A DNA stretch of 63,996 nt, counting the filler, from Ionaspis alba (Eukaryota), in the NCBI GenBank assembly GCA_964255285.1. It is 4 parts of 4 records of this genome, joined end to end, with 100 filler letters (N's around TTAATTAATTAA, not from the genome) between each part and the next. Parts side by side here need not be neighbours in the genome. Positions count along the whole stretch, not along the records: positions 1 to 16,639 come from CAXUUL010000340.1; 3 more parts are not named here. The stretch is one strand, 5' to 3'. The translations under genes were made by a program, and so were the position numbers. The notes beneath the pieces were generated by a model, which saw nothing but the letters and a program-made list of their open reading frames with translations, searched no databases and was not told where the DNA came from. Below are positions 1 to 13,597 of this stretch, in pieces (position 1 is the first letter of the stretch; every line of letters begins with the position of its first letter).

Positions 1-1090
1 TGGATGGGGGATGGGAATGGGGATGGGGCGCAAGGTGGTCTGAGAGTGGGGAGTAGGTGTGGTAGGAGCGTGAGTTTTATGTCGGTAGTTGAGGATTATG
101 TGCGTCTGGGGAGATTTCTTTTTTTTTGTCCTAAAAAAATCCTGCATGTAGCATGTAGCATGTAGATGGGGGTTGAGGAGGTGGAAGCGAGAATTTAAGG
201 TTTGTTTGTACCTGGATGCGGGTGCATGGGGGAGCTGTAGCTTTTATTGTCCGTGCTGATTGGGATGGAGGGAGGGAACATGGGGATTGAGGGTGGGCAT
301 GGAAGCCTGGTCCAAACAAGGGCGTCTACCCACGAATGGGCATCTTCGAGAATGTGATAATGGTGCAGATGGGCACTGAAGTATGTATGCGAGCAAGCAA
401 GCAAGCAAGCAATTTGTTGAGGAAGTTATGTTTTGTTTTGTTTTGGATTTAGATTGATTCTGGAGATCGGCGAGTCTTGCCGGCTATGCTGTTGCTATCT
501 ATTGCTAGAAGCCGTTGACCGTTGGTGCCTAGCTAGCTAACGTTGCCGGCAGCATCCGGATACTACCTCCTTTGCGATCTCCCCTTTTCGACTGCGCTGA
601 TACTGGGGCCTGATAGCGCGCCGTTTGACAGCCGTCAACTTTGCGCGTTCCTGCATACATAAAATGTTGATGGTACAGCGACCGTTAAATAAACAAGGAA
701 AAAGTGGCTGTCCAACCAAGGATCGTCTCTCACTCCCTTCGCTCAATCCACTCGGCCTCCCACCATCACCTTCTATACCGCTCCACTGAATCGGCTAAAA
801 CCGTTCGATACACCCCGTAAGCGCCATCTGTCACCAGTACCCCATCTATGCTTTTCCGGAGCTCCCCGCCTAGTCCAGCACCAGCCACGAAAGATATGTA
901 CAAAGGAAATTAGGAGTAAGGAACGTGCCGTCGTACAGTGAAGTAGAACAAGAATCTAGGTCGTCAGAGATAGAAAGCGAGAAAGGAGAGCCGTTAGATT
1001 GTCGTTAAAGAGTAAACAACTGTACAGAACAAATTTCGCGACTTTTCGGGTGTGCTGCTCTCAGCTTGCAGTGGAGGACACACTGACGGA

Positions 1091-2815
1091 TCACTTGCCT
1101 CGCCCAAAAGCGACGCTGGAAGGCAGTACTCCTTGGAGGAACTTCCAGAATGTGCGCTTCTTGCTGGGACGTTGGTGTGGGGACATGGCTTTTTCGCGTA
1201 CCATGGGGCCGACGATGCCTTCGTCGCCGACTTTGGGAAATTTGCCCTCACTGCGTGGGCCGTTGATGGAAGGGATCTTGATGATGGGAGCAGGCTCGCT
1301 GTTGGAGAGTTTCCTGAACAGTGGTAGCGATTCTTCCCTGTCATCAGGTGCACGTGATAGCGTGAGGTCATGGTTGCGCTTCCATTGCGCGTCGACTTGT
1401 CCCCACTTCTCTTCGGTCAATTGGTGGACTTTAGAGGTGGTGCTGTAGTGCTCGGCCGTGCGCGCAAGGTGCTTCATGAAATTGTTCCTGGCAGTTTCCC
1501 AGTCGGCGCGAAGTTGTTTGCAGGCCGACAGATCGAAGGCAGTGGGTAGGTACGGTTCCGGGTAGATGGTAAAGTTTGCGTGACCAAGTTTGTTAGCCCA
1601 TTCATCCTGTGGATCTGCAAGTAAGATTGGTGGGATGTCGGAAGCCGGAAGGAGCTGACGTCGGTGGAAGGATGAGACTGATGGCTTGGTCGACAAAGGC
1701 GGTGAAGGTAGACCTGTGCAGCGTGGTGTTGCGACTGGACTCTGAACTGCAGAGGGAGAGTCTGCGACCTTTGGAGACTGCAATGGCGATTGGACTGGTT
1801 GGTCTAGTATACCTGATTGAAGTTGCGCCAACACGGGTGGAAGTAGCGGAGTGGTTGCCATCGCATCAGGAGCCTCTTCCTCTTCGTCGACATAGGCATT
1901 GGCCTTTTGAACATCGATTGGACTGATGGGTGGGTGAGCGAGTCCTTCTCCATGGATGCTCCTAGCAGGGGTTGGTGGGGTGTGCAGGGAAGGCCTCTCG
2001 GACGCGTCAACAGCAGACTCAATCAGACTTGGTGCGCGCGTCGAGTTGGCTCTTGAACGTGAAAGTGCAATGTCTGAACTAGTGTTGATATTGAAGAGAG
2101 CAGATCCTTTCTTGCGACTTTCCCATTTGCGCGATAGGGAAGGGAATCGCGAGCCTAGGCGTGAGGTCATACCGGCTAGAGGAGAATCGTTGGCGCGGCG
2201 CCTCTTGGAAGAAAATGGAGGCTCGGTATCTAGATCATAGCTTGGAGAATCAATCCAATCGTAGTCTCCAAGGTACGGGAAATCGAGGCTGTCGCGTGTT
2301 GATTGAGCGACGACGGACGAGCCTTCGTGGCCATCATCTGTAGCTAGCATCAGACACAAGTTCAGGAAGACCGTGGGAATGGACGCGCTTGAAACGAACG
2401 ACTTGATCATAGGAGGTTGTGACAACGGTAGCATAGACTTACATTGTTCGGGAGACTCAACGCGCTGGATCGTCTCCAAATCGTCGTCTCTTTCCTGTGG
2501 CTCTTCCTTCACATCCGTCAAAGGCCTTTTAGAAGCACCAAAGCCATCTAGCGATTCACGCATGGTTGGCGATGAAGCAAGTGACGAGCTGGAGCTTGGA
2601 AAGCGCATATGACCTCGAAGAGAGAAGGTAGGCGTGACCGGGGACTGCGGATCCGAAGACGAGGAAGACTGCGACATATTTAAGGTGTGCGCAGGAGACG
2701 TATCCATAGAATCCCCTTCGTTGCTCGAGCTTGAACCAGTGCCTGCGCCTGCACTTTCTCGCTTTCTCCTTGCCTCCACAAGTTGGGGTAATCGGAGCTG
2801 TCGCAACTCGCGCAT
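1091..2815 (-). CDS. Conserved fungal Pro/Ser-rich hypothetical protein (one in-frame intron, 2338-2442)
   Basis: 574-aa ORF, low complexity, with a C-terminal block DEWANKLGHANFTIYPEPY...W...R..FMKHLARTAEHY...TEEKW...GKFPKVGDEGIVGPM. GTAAGT...CTGAT...CAG intron of 105 nt. Confidence 0.8.
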   Translation of the reverse strand: MRELRQLRLPQLVEARRKRESAGAGTGSSSSNEGDSMDTSPAHTLNMSQSSSSSDPQSPVTPTFSLRGHMRFPSSSSSLASSPTMRESLDGFGASKRPLTDVKEEPQERDDDLETIQRVESPEQCKSMLPLSQPPMIKSFVSSASIPTVFLNLCLMLATDDGHEGSSVVAQSTRDSLDFPYLGDYDWIDSPSYDLDTEPPFSSKRRRANDSPLAGMTSRLGSRFPSLSRKWESRKKGSALFNINTSSDIALSRSRANSTRAPSLIESAVDASERPSLHTPPTPARSIHGEGLAHPPISPIDVQKANAYVDEEEEAPDAMATTPLLPPVLAQLQSGILDQPVQSPLQSPKVADSPSAVQSPVATPRCTGLPSPPLSTKPSVSSFHRRQLLPASDIPPILLADPQDEWANKLGHANFTIYPEPYLPTAFDLSACKQLRADWETARNNFMKHLARTAEHYSTTSKVHQLTEEKWGQVDAQWKRNHDLTLSRAPDDREESLPLFRKLSNSEPAPIIKIPSINGPRSEGKFPKVGDEGIVGPMVREKAMSPHQRPSKKRTFWKFLQGVLPSSVAFGRGK

Positions 2816-3441
2816 CTTGATTGTTGATTCTCAAAACAGAAGGAGAAAGCCCGAGAATGAGAGAATGTGCTTGGGTTCACAGTAGTTTCATAGTACCCGA
2901 AAGAGAGACACTAGATATTGTTTTGATGATGATGATGATGTCGAGACAGGACGTGGCTACGCAACAATGGTCACAATCAGCACAAGTCCTTCATCCTCCC
3001 AATACCAATCGCTACCCGTTGAGTGCGTCCCAGAGACCATAACAGAGTTTAAAACCGCTCGCTAAACTGACACATGGCAGTGCAGATTAAGCTCCAGGCG
3101 AAAAACCTGATAAAAACCTATAAAGGTAGATTGACACGTACCTGATCTGGTAGATAGTGGGATTCAATTGACTGACTAGAAGAATGAATGAAACGAATGA
3201 ATGGATCGGACGGTGGGAGGTGGGAAAGAGAATGGAAAGGGAAATGGGAAGGTTGAAGAGTGGAAACGCAGCTGAAGGGTGTGGGCAGCCGAAAGCTTTC
3301 TTCTCTCACTGACGGATGTGGAGTTTTCGCGTGGCTGCGGCCCTAAAGAACTAAAGTAACGGAGTGTCGTCTTTTAGTGCAGACGTTGGATAAACCGAAC
3401 GAGCGAAAAAAAAGCTTTGGGGATGACGGGGGTAAGGTAGG

Positions 3442-3470
3442 AGGGATGGGATGGGATGGGATGGGATGGG
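3442..3470. repeat. (GGGAT)n pentanucleotide microsatellite
   Basis: gggat gggat gggat gggat gggat ggg seen directly. Other short SSRs nearby: (GCAA)n at about 393-412, (GTTTT)n at about 430-445, (GAT)n at about 2925-2940. Confidence 0.9.
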
Positions 3471-5546
3471 AAGGGCAAGGGACCAATTGGAAAAAAGCAA
3501 GTAAAAGCGACTAGATTGCAGCTACTGGGTAATCTACATCCACCAATGGTATTATTTATTATTTATTCCCGGTTCATTCGGTCTCACTTGCTCTGTCCCT
3601 TCGTTCCCTCGTCCGACGGCTCCTCCCTCTCCCTTCCCTCCCCTCTCTAGCAGCCTCTGTTGTGCCTGGAGGATTAGGGAGGGATTGCTTACGACGACGG
3701 CCTGCGATCTTGGGTTTAGCGGCACGGGGCCGCTAAAGTCTACCCGAAATCTAGGAATCCTTTTCCCCTGCTCCCTTGACCCATCGTCCCTCTGATTTGC
3801 CAGACTGCCTCTGCTAACCAGGAGGGCCAGCATCCCTCACGTTCCAGAATCTGGTCCGAGGGAATTAATTGGGCCGGTCCTGGTCGTTGTGCACCAGCCC
3901 GCTACGACCTTCTCCCGCTCAATTTCCTCAATTGCTGGGGGGTTCGAAGATGGTGGCTTCTGGTGGCTTTTGTCGCTTCGGGGGTCACAATGTAAGGCGC
4001 GCATCAAACAAGAGAAGGGAGAGGATTTCACAGAGAGTGTGTGTGCGTGTGCTGCAGGAACACGCAGGTCGATGCAGGATGGGCTTCGGCCTGATGCTAG
4101 CTCCCAGAGTGAAAAGAGAGAAGGAAAAGTGGCTTGAGATTGGTCATGGTGCCCTGCGTCGTTGAGCAAGGCCACTGGCTTCATGCGGATACTCACATTA
4201 GTTAGCCCATGTGAAGTGCCGAGCTGGTTGTATGTCGTATGTCGGATGTCGTAAGTGTAACGTAGATGTCCTTTCTCCAGTTGTACGCCGAGGGCACGAT
4301 AATTTGGTCTCCTGCCAGATCTTGTGTGTGGGGGATTGGCTGGCTATAATTGAACAACGATCGATCTAGATTGGAATCACGAACTTGATTTTCGTGATAT
4401 ATTGCTTTGGTGCATGGTTCGACCTGTCGCAATGTCCGGCGACTGACTGGTCTGTGTTTCACGGCAGCCCGCAGGATGGGGACTCCCACAACGGAGGAGA
4501 CGAAAGACGAGGAGGCTGGGGAGGACCACACCCACCGCCGGCAGATTCGAGTGCCGCGGGTCCAAGGCGAACCAACCGTTGGATTTGGCCGCTAGACGGG
4601 AAGAGGGAAAGCAAATCATTGTTTTTCCAATTCGCACCTTTTTCGCATAGTTTTTTGCCGGTGCATGGAATATCCCAATGCACTCTTTCATGCAAGGAAT
4701 TCTTTTAGCGCTCACTGTAGATCCGAGCTTCTGGACCGGGTGCAAATAATATGTTGGGGGAGATTAATTGTTGATGCGGGCAGTTCGGATGACGATTCAT
4801 GGGAACAGGTAGGAGGAATTAATAGCACGATCCATAGTGCCAAGTAAGGATGATTGCTGTTGAGTGCGCTGGTAATCCTCCGATTAGGAAGCCAAGTATT
4901 GAAGTCAATAAATCAACAGAGTTTTGTAGATGGACAGCTGCACGAGCGGTTCATTTGTGATAAGAAATCCAGGCGTTAAATTTGTGGATGAGGTTTCTAA
5001 AGTGAACACCCACCTTCATTACACTTTCGACGTGGGTGGATTTCTGCACGAATGCCTCAACCCCAGATTTGATAGCATTAATGCTGTTTGAGGAGCGTTA
5101 TTGCAGTGGTCGCGACTGTCAAACGAGCATAATGCGTGGCGTCCCCTGTTGACAGCCCAGTAAATATTCTGCGCTTCTCAGATTCAGTTATGCGCCTACG
5201 ATCTCGGTTGTTCTTGAGGAGGCAATTGTTCGCACGTCAGAATTGGCCGTACTCCAGGTCTCGTGATCGCCTGTCGAGAAATGCATGTACATGACAGATA
5301 CTTACGTGACAGTTAATGTGGCGAAGTGCTTGTGCACCCGTCATCTGTGCGTTGTCAAGGGGGGTCTTTGCATTACACAGGGTGGAGCTGCGTTGTGTGG
5401 TATGGTTGCGATTGGCTGACAGTATCGCAGCCCTTGCGCAACTTCGACGTGTCACAGCCGGCCCCTATCATCAATCAAAGAACCCGTTTTCAGCGTGATG
5501 GTGAAGATGGTGTGCCAGGGCTAATCTCAGCGTGACGTGCAGAGGG

Positions 5547-7483
5547 CTATATCCAGTATCTGGTCCAGATCTTTCGGAGATCCTCGTCGCCTTGGAACTG
5601 TTGCGCCCACTGTAAGATCACTGGAGCAATTGGATCGGTTGCTGAGATATGCTTACCTCGAATGATACTTCCACGATATCTTGGAAGCCCTCCTCGATCT
5701 TTGGCGCACGAAATCGTGACGCGAACCCTGAAAAGGCAGAATGAGGAAGAATGGTTCGCTTCTCGGGGTTGAGGGGACCACTGTTCAAGGCTCGAACAGT
5801 ATCGTTGTGCTCGCATAATTTAACCGGTGCTGTAAAGTAGACGCATCTGATAGGAATATTCTTGTTGCGCGCAAGCAATATCCAGGCATTGCGTGTTTCA
5901 ACATCTGCATTTGTATTGTCTGTAGTAACGTGAGATGCTGAGGGCTAGATCCCGGGGAAGTCAGGAACTTACCAACCGCAACGCACTGACTGGACGAAAG
6001 AGCTTTCGATGCTACTTTTAGACACTTTTCCCGCTGCAGAACATAATGCAGTCAACATCTTGCTTGTCCAGGTCTAGCTCAGAGAATGCTAAGGCATACC
6101 GATTTCAATGTATCCTGGTTCACTCGAGAATAGCCCAATGGCATCAACTTATTCCAGTAGAAGGTCGACTTCCCCGCTCCAGGACTTCCACAGAGAAGCA
6201 CGATATCAACTGCATTGATCTTCCTGTATACTATAGATGACGCGTTCGATTCGGGCGTAATTTCCGGCGATCGTGGTGTTTTGTTGATGCTCTCTATTGG
6301 ATTTGTCTTGATATAAGCAAGGGGGTCGAAGGTCCGTACATACGGCTGAGGCGCTTCGTCTAGGAAATACTCCTCAGGCGTCTTGAAGTCGATGCCAACA
6401 TTTGCAGCGAAATCTCTGCAGTCGGGGTTCAGCATTCAAGCCTTCGGTTTCATCAAGGGGACTGACCTGTCCGAGCTCGAATGATCCGGTTTAACTGTAC
6501 CACGAGCAAGACGCCCCGCGGCATCGCCGACGAAAATCGAGCGTTGCAGATCCGGGCCACCATCAGTATCGAGATCGTAGTCCTCGATGAGTTCTGTCCA
6601 CATTCCTGTTCGTGGCTTTCGATACCCATCCCGGGCTGTCCCAGCATAGACAGATATTGGGATGTCTAATTTGCTCAGGACAGACTCCGCTTTGGCCTTG
6701 AATTGTGAGAGACGTATTTGGTCTGCTTTGATGGTCTTCGGATCGTCCTTTAGACTTAGTCCACCTTGATTGCTCACTACCGCGATCAGATATCTGTGTA
6801 GAAAGGAGTTAGAACGTCGTCGTAGCATGCTGGCACGATCTTACCCGTCATAGTAGAGTGCTTTCAGGGTACCCGGAACACTGATATGCCACCATTGCCA
6901 ATCTGAAGCATCCCTACCAAAGACGTTGCCAGAGGAGGTTCGAATGAGCGTAGAATCCTGCCAAATATTTGTCAACATGACTTGGCAACCTGCAACATAG
7001 ATGAGTTGTATAGGTAAACACACGAAATCAAAAGCAGCAATCTTTCGGCGCTTCACATAAGGCTCGTCATATCCCGAGGATGCAACACCAGGCTTGTATT
7101 TTCCAATAAGGAGACTCTTCTTGACTATCCGCCAAGTCATCTTCTCAGGGGTCTTCTTGGATATTGGAGTAAAGAAATTTGTAACAGTTTTCTCTATGCC
7201 ATCTGCTCAGCAAATNNNNNNNNNNNNNNNNNNNNNNNNNNNNNNNNNNNNNNNNNNNNNNNNNNNNNNNNNNNNNNNNNNNNNNNNNNNNNNNNNNNNN
7301 NNNNNNNNNNNNNNNATATTGGAGTAAAGAAATTTGTAACAGTTTTCTCTATGCCATCTGCTCAGCAAATTTTGATGACATTTCGGATTGACACCATGAC
7401 TGACTAGTAGTCGTAGACTCATACTTGCGTTTAAGCGGTGGAGGAGAAAGCGTCCCATCTTCCTCCCCTGCAGCTCTCTTCAT
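5547..7483 (-). CDS. pnk1: Bifunctional polynucleotide 3'-phosphatase/5'-kinase (PNKP), multi-exon
   Basis: Spliced ORFs give MKRAAG..SPPPLKRK..NFFTP, HAD motif KIAAFDF/DSTLI, SNQGG, RKPRTGMW, FVGDAAGR, DRDFAANVGI.FKTPEEYFL, P-loop CGSPGAGKSTF, RVNQDTLK, and the end IWTRYWI*. The gap at 7216-7315 is false. Confidence 0.93.
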
Positions 7484-8108
7484 TTTGACTGAAGCTCAGG
7501 GTTGCTCGAGTACGAGCAAAACTCGAGGCAGGCGTCGTTATTATGGGCTTCAGGAAGAGACGTTGAGCCTGGCATCAGGCTCAAGTGGGGAGGAGCGTGA
7601 GTGAAGCGAGTGCTGTCCGCCTAAATCAATGCATTGGAACCTCAATCTACATCGATAAAATCGCCAGCTTGTGGTATTGTGATGTGTAAAGACTACGATC
7701 TTAAGCAATTAGACTGCCAATGGTCGCTACTTCTTCACAAGACTTGAGATGTCGGAGTTTCCGCCTCCGCTTGCTCGTCACCATTTTGGATATTTCATAA
7801 AACAAACTCTTGTGGCCGTATGCGTTTTTTCCGACAGTCGATCTCGTATACCATTGATATCTGATGTGAACAATACAGAGACTACACATGCCCTTCTTCC
7901 GCAGGCCAAATCTGGCAGGGTATAGTACGGAATTCAGAAGCATTCCCAATTGCCTGATGTGTTCTTTAGCGCAGTCCTCCCTTATCCTCCATATCCCGAA
8001 CTTCGATGTATCCCTAAGTTCCGCACATTTCCCAGCGCTGGATTTCGCCGACAAAGAGATGTGATATATTTGTTGAATCCAAGATTGCTGCGAACCCTTG
8101 CCCAGCTT

Positions 8109-9501
8109 CTATCCCGACGCCTTGTCCTTCGTATTTTGCTCGTCTTCCTCATCCTCCCCGGTGTCCTCGTTCACCTCTCCCCATCCAGAGTTCCGTCGGC
8201 TGACTTTTCCTGGAGCTTGAGCTTCTCGGGGACTCGCTAAGGGACTGCTTGCAGACGCAATTCCACCAATACTTCCTGTTGTACTATCGTTCCTTCCATG
8301 GTTGATCAAACCGCTCCTTACACTTCCTCCATCACCGGGGATGTTTTGCTTAGCATAATAGCTATTTCTCTCACTGCTCAAGGCAGGAGCAATCCCAGAC
8401 GAGGAGTATACGCTTGCACGTTCTGGGTTGCCTATTGCGGCCACTCCAGCTCGGCCATGGAGAGGGTTTAGGCTGGTCGACTGATCACCAGGAGCGGCGC
8501 TAAGCACACTGAGAGGTAGTGACTCTCTGCTACCGCCGAAGATGGAGGATGGAGCCAATGCTCGGACGGATGCATTTGTATCAAGAGAGTTCCTTCTTCG
8601 ACGTTTAGATGAGGATGCTAGTGTCAGGATGGAAGCATTGTCGGACAGCAAGTTGTTAGCAGTGGCAGTATTGTAAGTTGCCGGATGTCCACCACTACCA
8701 TGTGGAACCACGTGTGACGGTATCGCGGATGCTGGTGGAGATGTTGGAAATTGGTGTGAAAATTGCGGTGCGTTGTGGTGTGGAGTCTGATGATTAGTAG
8801 CTTGCTGGGGAAGTTGGTGATTTGTGCCCGGAATGAAATTCGATGGCGCTGCAGATTGAATAGTAGTGAGAGTTGTTGTCAGCGAACGGACAGAGGGTGC
8901 TGGGGATGAAAATGTGCTTCCTTCGCCTCCAATTCCTCTCGAACTCAGAGCACAGCCACCTGTAGTTGTAGTGCCCGCCTTCGAAGCTGCTGCCTCTGAG
9001 TGAACAGTATCGGGGTTTGTAGATACGGTAGGAGCAGCCGATTTGTTACCAGTCGTCGGCAGCTGACGGCTATCACTGGATGCTGGCAGCGAGCCCTTGC
9101 TTTGCGACGGTGATTCGTAGCTGACACTCCTCCCCGAAGGGGGTGTATAGAATGACAGGTGTCCATTCGGTGGAGCGGAAGTATCAACCAAAGGTTTCTC
9201 AGCTGACTGATATGGATTGTTTTTGGCTATTGCTGCCTTTTTCGACTTCTGCTTCGATGCTGGCGTACTTGATGCCTGCTTGTCCGCCCCATTCGTGCTT
9301 GGCTCGGATGATGAGTTCTTCAAGTTCGCAAGGCGCTTCATCCAATTTGCAAATGGCCGCCGGCGAGAATGCCGATCTATTCAACCTATTAGCTGGGAGT
9401 CGCTGGAGATGCGAGAGAAGTGATCCAGAATGATCTTTCGTATCGCAGAAAGTCGACTTGAACATACCGTGAGGCCGGCCCATGGTCTCAGCACTTGCCA
9501 T
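8109..9501 (-). CDS. Conserved Ser/Thr-rich fungal hypothetical protein (intron 9377-9467)
   Basis: Splicing GTATGT...CTAAT...TAG joins MASAETMGRPH to DRHSRRRPFANWMKRLANLK and the 410-aa ORF. Contains the block ASILTLASSSKRRRRNSLDTNASVRALAPSS.FGGSRESLPLSVLS. Confidence 0.75.
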
Positions 9502-10175
9502 AATTTATCACAACAATGGGGCACTAATCTCGCAGATGATTTTCGAACAGCTGGCATACAAATGCGAACGGACGCGGGAAAATTGAGGTGGTAGATCAGA
9601 AATCGATCGAAGCGCTCTGACAAATATCGGAGGAGCACCCCCTGGAGAGTACTGACGATTCGAATGTGAGGTAGTAGGATTTACCAGCTGGAAAGAGTAT
9701 GCACAGCCTGTGTGGAATTCGTTGTCAATGTTCGGGGTTATGAGGCAGCAAACCAGGGGTTGCTGGTTGAGCAAGTAGGGGTGGACCTACGTAGTGGTAT
9801 GACGAAGCTATGGGGAAAGCTCAGCCCTGCGAACATCTGACGATTGATTGTCACAGGGATACCTCCACAATGTGAGATTGACAAGGAGGTCATCTAGCGT
9901 TTGTACTAATGATTTTCTGGTTCATAGTACAGATCGCTCTGCTCGATATGGGAGAACTATGACCTCGATACCACCAGCATAAAGATGAGTGAAAGACGAC
10001 CAGTGTGGGCCATGTACCGAACAAGGAAGCGGCAACGGCCTTGACGAATTGCAAGAGCAGAGGAATGGAAATATCGTGCGAGATTTGAAGAATGGAGGCT
10101 ACTGGACCGAAGAGCTGCTATCACTTTGTCTATCTCGTTGTTGGTCTGGTCTGCCTTAGCTTCACGGGTATCAAG

Positions 10176-13100
10176 ATGCATTCTTCAATAGCAATTATTC
10201 GGCCCTTGCCAGACGATGTGGCTGCTCAGATCAAATCGTCCACCACTATTTCGTCTCTTTCCGATGCCGTTCTAGGCCTGATCGAAAACTCTCTGGATGC
10301 GAATGCTCGTAACATTGATGTTAACATTGATTTTGGACGGGGATCATGTTCTGTTCAAGATGATGGACATGGGATAGCACCGATTGATTTCTCAGAGCGA
10401 GGCGGACTTGGTAAACCATATCGTATAGCAACGCCTTCCACCTTATCATACTAAACTGGACTAACTCTTATAGATACATCCAACCTTAACGATAGTGAAA
10501 AGCGACATGGCGGACATGGCACTTTCTTATCCTCCTTGGCGGCCGTGTCCATTTTGACAATCACATCTCATCAACAGGCATTCAATTCTGCAAATACCCT
10601 GATTTTCCATCACTCTCGACCAGTGGCTAGACTGATCCCGGCACCCCCGCACCACAGTCTCTGTTACAGAAGCCATGGCACCAAGGTCAGTGTCCAAGAT
10701 TTATTTGGGAACATGCCAGTCCGTGTGAAGCAACGAGCTTTGAAGGACGAGTATGGACGGAATAGAGCTAAAGAATGGGATGCTCTTCGTCGAAATATAA
10801 CCGGCATGCTTCTGGCTTGGGAGAATCCTGTAACTATCAATATTAAGGGACTAGACAAAAGTCAAGCCATTCGCATCAGATCGCCAGCAAAACACGTGCA
10901 GAACATCATTGGCTTGGAAGAGCCGACACGGCCAAAGTCTTTCAATGTTGACTTGATACGTAGCACGCTTCTTCAAGGAGCTGACATCGAGCCTTCTAGT
11001 TGGGAGACCTGGGTCAAGACATCAGCAAGAACTCCATTCCTCACGATTAGAGCAGTGATTTCCCTCGAGCCGGCACCGTCGAAAGATGTGCAGTTTTTGT
11101 GCTTAGGTGTTCAACATTTGAGGAATGACTATGATTCCAACCTCTTTTATGACGAGATAAATCGCATATTTGCTTCATCGAGCTTTGGTACTCAAGAAGA
11201 TCACAATGAGCTTGGTAGCAACGCGAGATCAAAGGATAGACGGTTCAAACAAGATGGCTTCACCAACAGACAGCTAAGGGGCAGTGGGAAGGGCATTGAT
11301 AGGTGGCCAATGTTTTTTATAAGGATTGATCTAAATGGTTCAACCTCTCTGACACTTCGGGAGGGCCAAGTTGTCACAGAGAAACAGCAAGAGACTACGT
11401 CCATCTTGACTGTCCTTGAAGCCATGATCACAGGTTTCCTTACGGAGCATCACTTTCGGCCCAGGAAACGCTTGCCAAGAAAAAGGAAGACTACGTCCAC
11501 CTCAAGCTCTTCATCCAAAAGCGAAGACAGGCCAACTGCCCTACGTTCGCGTGTATCTGGTAATCATGGAAAGCCCTCAAGCATTGACTCTAGCAAAGCT
11601 GCTAAGAACTCCCAAGCCTCTGCGATATGTCCTCTCGAAGCTCAGCCAAATGCCGAAGACGACAGAAGAGCTCCTCTTGCAGCTGGTGACCTTACAGGCA
11701 ACGTGATAGTACCCAAATTTGCAAGGAGTGATACTCTGGGTCTAAGAGACGATTTTAGTAGCTGGAGTCGTATCAAGAGTGGATCGAGGAAAAATCTTCT
11801 GGATTTGTCAGACAAGACTACTGTTTTCAAAGAATCAGTTGGATCAAATACCGAAACCACACCGCCACACCCCGAGAGCTCGAAGCGGAACGATTACCGT
11901 ACCGACCAAGCAGTCTCCACCCCCAAGCACGACGATGTAGATTCGTTGACAACGCTCCAAGAAGCTAGTGGCCATGACATAGCAGGGTTTAATATACAGC
12001 CTGAAAGAGTCCTTTGCGAACCCGCAACAGACCACGATCCGGCCAGCGGAGATGAACGTGACTCAGTGGTGGAATGGACGAATCCTTCGTCGAAGGTCAA
12101 ATTGAAGATCAACGCTCGTACCGGCCTTGTGGTGGATGACAATCTCACCTTCCAATCTCACTCGCGCGGTAACGAAGATGTACAGCGCCCTCAATCCGCC
12201 TGTCTGACCAGTCTAAGAGCTGTAAGCTCCAGGCTATCCCGCAGCAACTCAGCTCCTTCCCTGAAACCCGACCCAGGTTCGTGGGCAGACGCACTACTCG
12301 CTTCATGGGAGAATCCGATATTCCAGCGCACCGAAGAGTCTATACCGCAAGTCTCGCTTGAAATTCCTGGCGTGGGAGCTAGTGGCTCTGCAGGAGGTCA
12401 AGGTCATCGATGTGTTCACCAAGACTTCGATAAAGCCTTCAAGGCAGCCTCGCTGTCTTTTGCCGCAAAACTTTCCAGGAAGTATTTGCAGGCCGCGGAG
12501 ATCATCGCCCAAGTGGACCAAAAGTTCATTCTGGTCAAGATGACACAGAGCTCTGCAAACGAGCTGGCCCAAACCGTGTCTAACGAGGACGACGAAGTAC
12601 TCGTCCTCATCGACCAGCACGCCGCCGACGAAAGAATCCGCATCGAGTCCCTACTCACCGACCTCTGCAAATCTCCTTCATCCAAAGTTCGCAACTTTCA
12701 GTCCTCGCTCGGTCTTAGCTCCGCCATCGACACCATCAGCCTTGCAAAACCTCTCTCGCTCAAGATTCCATCCCGAGAGCGGGATCTCTTCATCACACAT
12801 GCACCACACTTTGCGCACTGGGGTATTCTCTTCGAGATCAGCAAGCTCGACACCAGTACCACAGCCTCCCACAAGCCCCACGACGCCTGTACTATTACCA
12901 TTCTCACCCTCCCACCTGGTATCGCGGAACGCTGTCGAATAGATCCCAAGCAACTAACCGAGCTCATGCGCGCCGAAGTATGGAAATTGGCATCCGCCGG
13001 CACTCGAATATCTAGCCACTCCCACACGCTCGCCAGGTCCCCTTCTACCGGGTCTCAAGCCACAGTGTTAGGAGCTACCGTCCCACAGGAGAGTTCCTGG

Positions 13101-13445
13101 CTCAAGCAAATCGGCGACTGCCCTCAAGGCATCCTCGATATGTTGAACTCGCGCTCTTGTCGCAGCGCGATCATGTTCAATGACGAACTGACGCTGGTGG
13201 AGTGCGAGGTTTTGGTCAGGAAGCTTGCGGAATGTGCATTTCCTTTTCAGTGTGCGCATGGGAGACCGAGTATGGTTCCGTTAGTGAGTCTAGGGAGCTC
13301 GGAAGAGCTTATAGGGAGTACATGGAGTGGGCTAGGAAATCTGGGGAGGGGAAAGAGGAAGGGCAATAAGGGATTAAATGTTGAAAGGGAGGAGAACAGT
13401 TTCTTGGATGCGTGGCAGAAGTGGGAGCAACGCACAAGGCAGTGA
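10176..13445 (+). CDS. MLH3: MutL-family mismatch repair / meiotic crossover endonuclease Mlh3 (intron 10423-10473)
   Basis: GHKL ATPase motifs (LIENSLDA, DDGHGI, GTKVSVQDLFGNMPVR). C-terminal QVDQKFIL, endonuclease motif DQHAADERIRIE, SCRSAIMFND, FPFQCAHGRPS. Confidence 0.95.
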
Positions 13446-13597
13446 GGTGGAGGAGCACTGGGGCTGAGATGTGTGAACATTGCCTCCGATGCTGGATAAA
13501 TATGTTCATACGTTGTTTCAAGATCATCTAAAACCGCTATCTGTCTCTCTTATGGTCTAAGTCAAACAACAGACATAATCTAAACTTTTCATTACCA

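Noticed and set aside
7161..7370. 55-nt direct repeats as LTR, TSD or CRISPR-like repeats
   Set aside because: They flank N gaps inside coding genes and are assembly overlaps.
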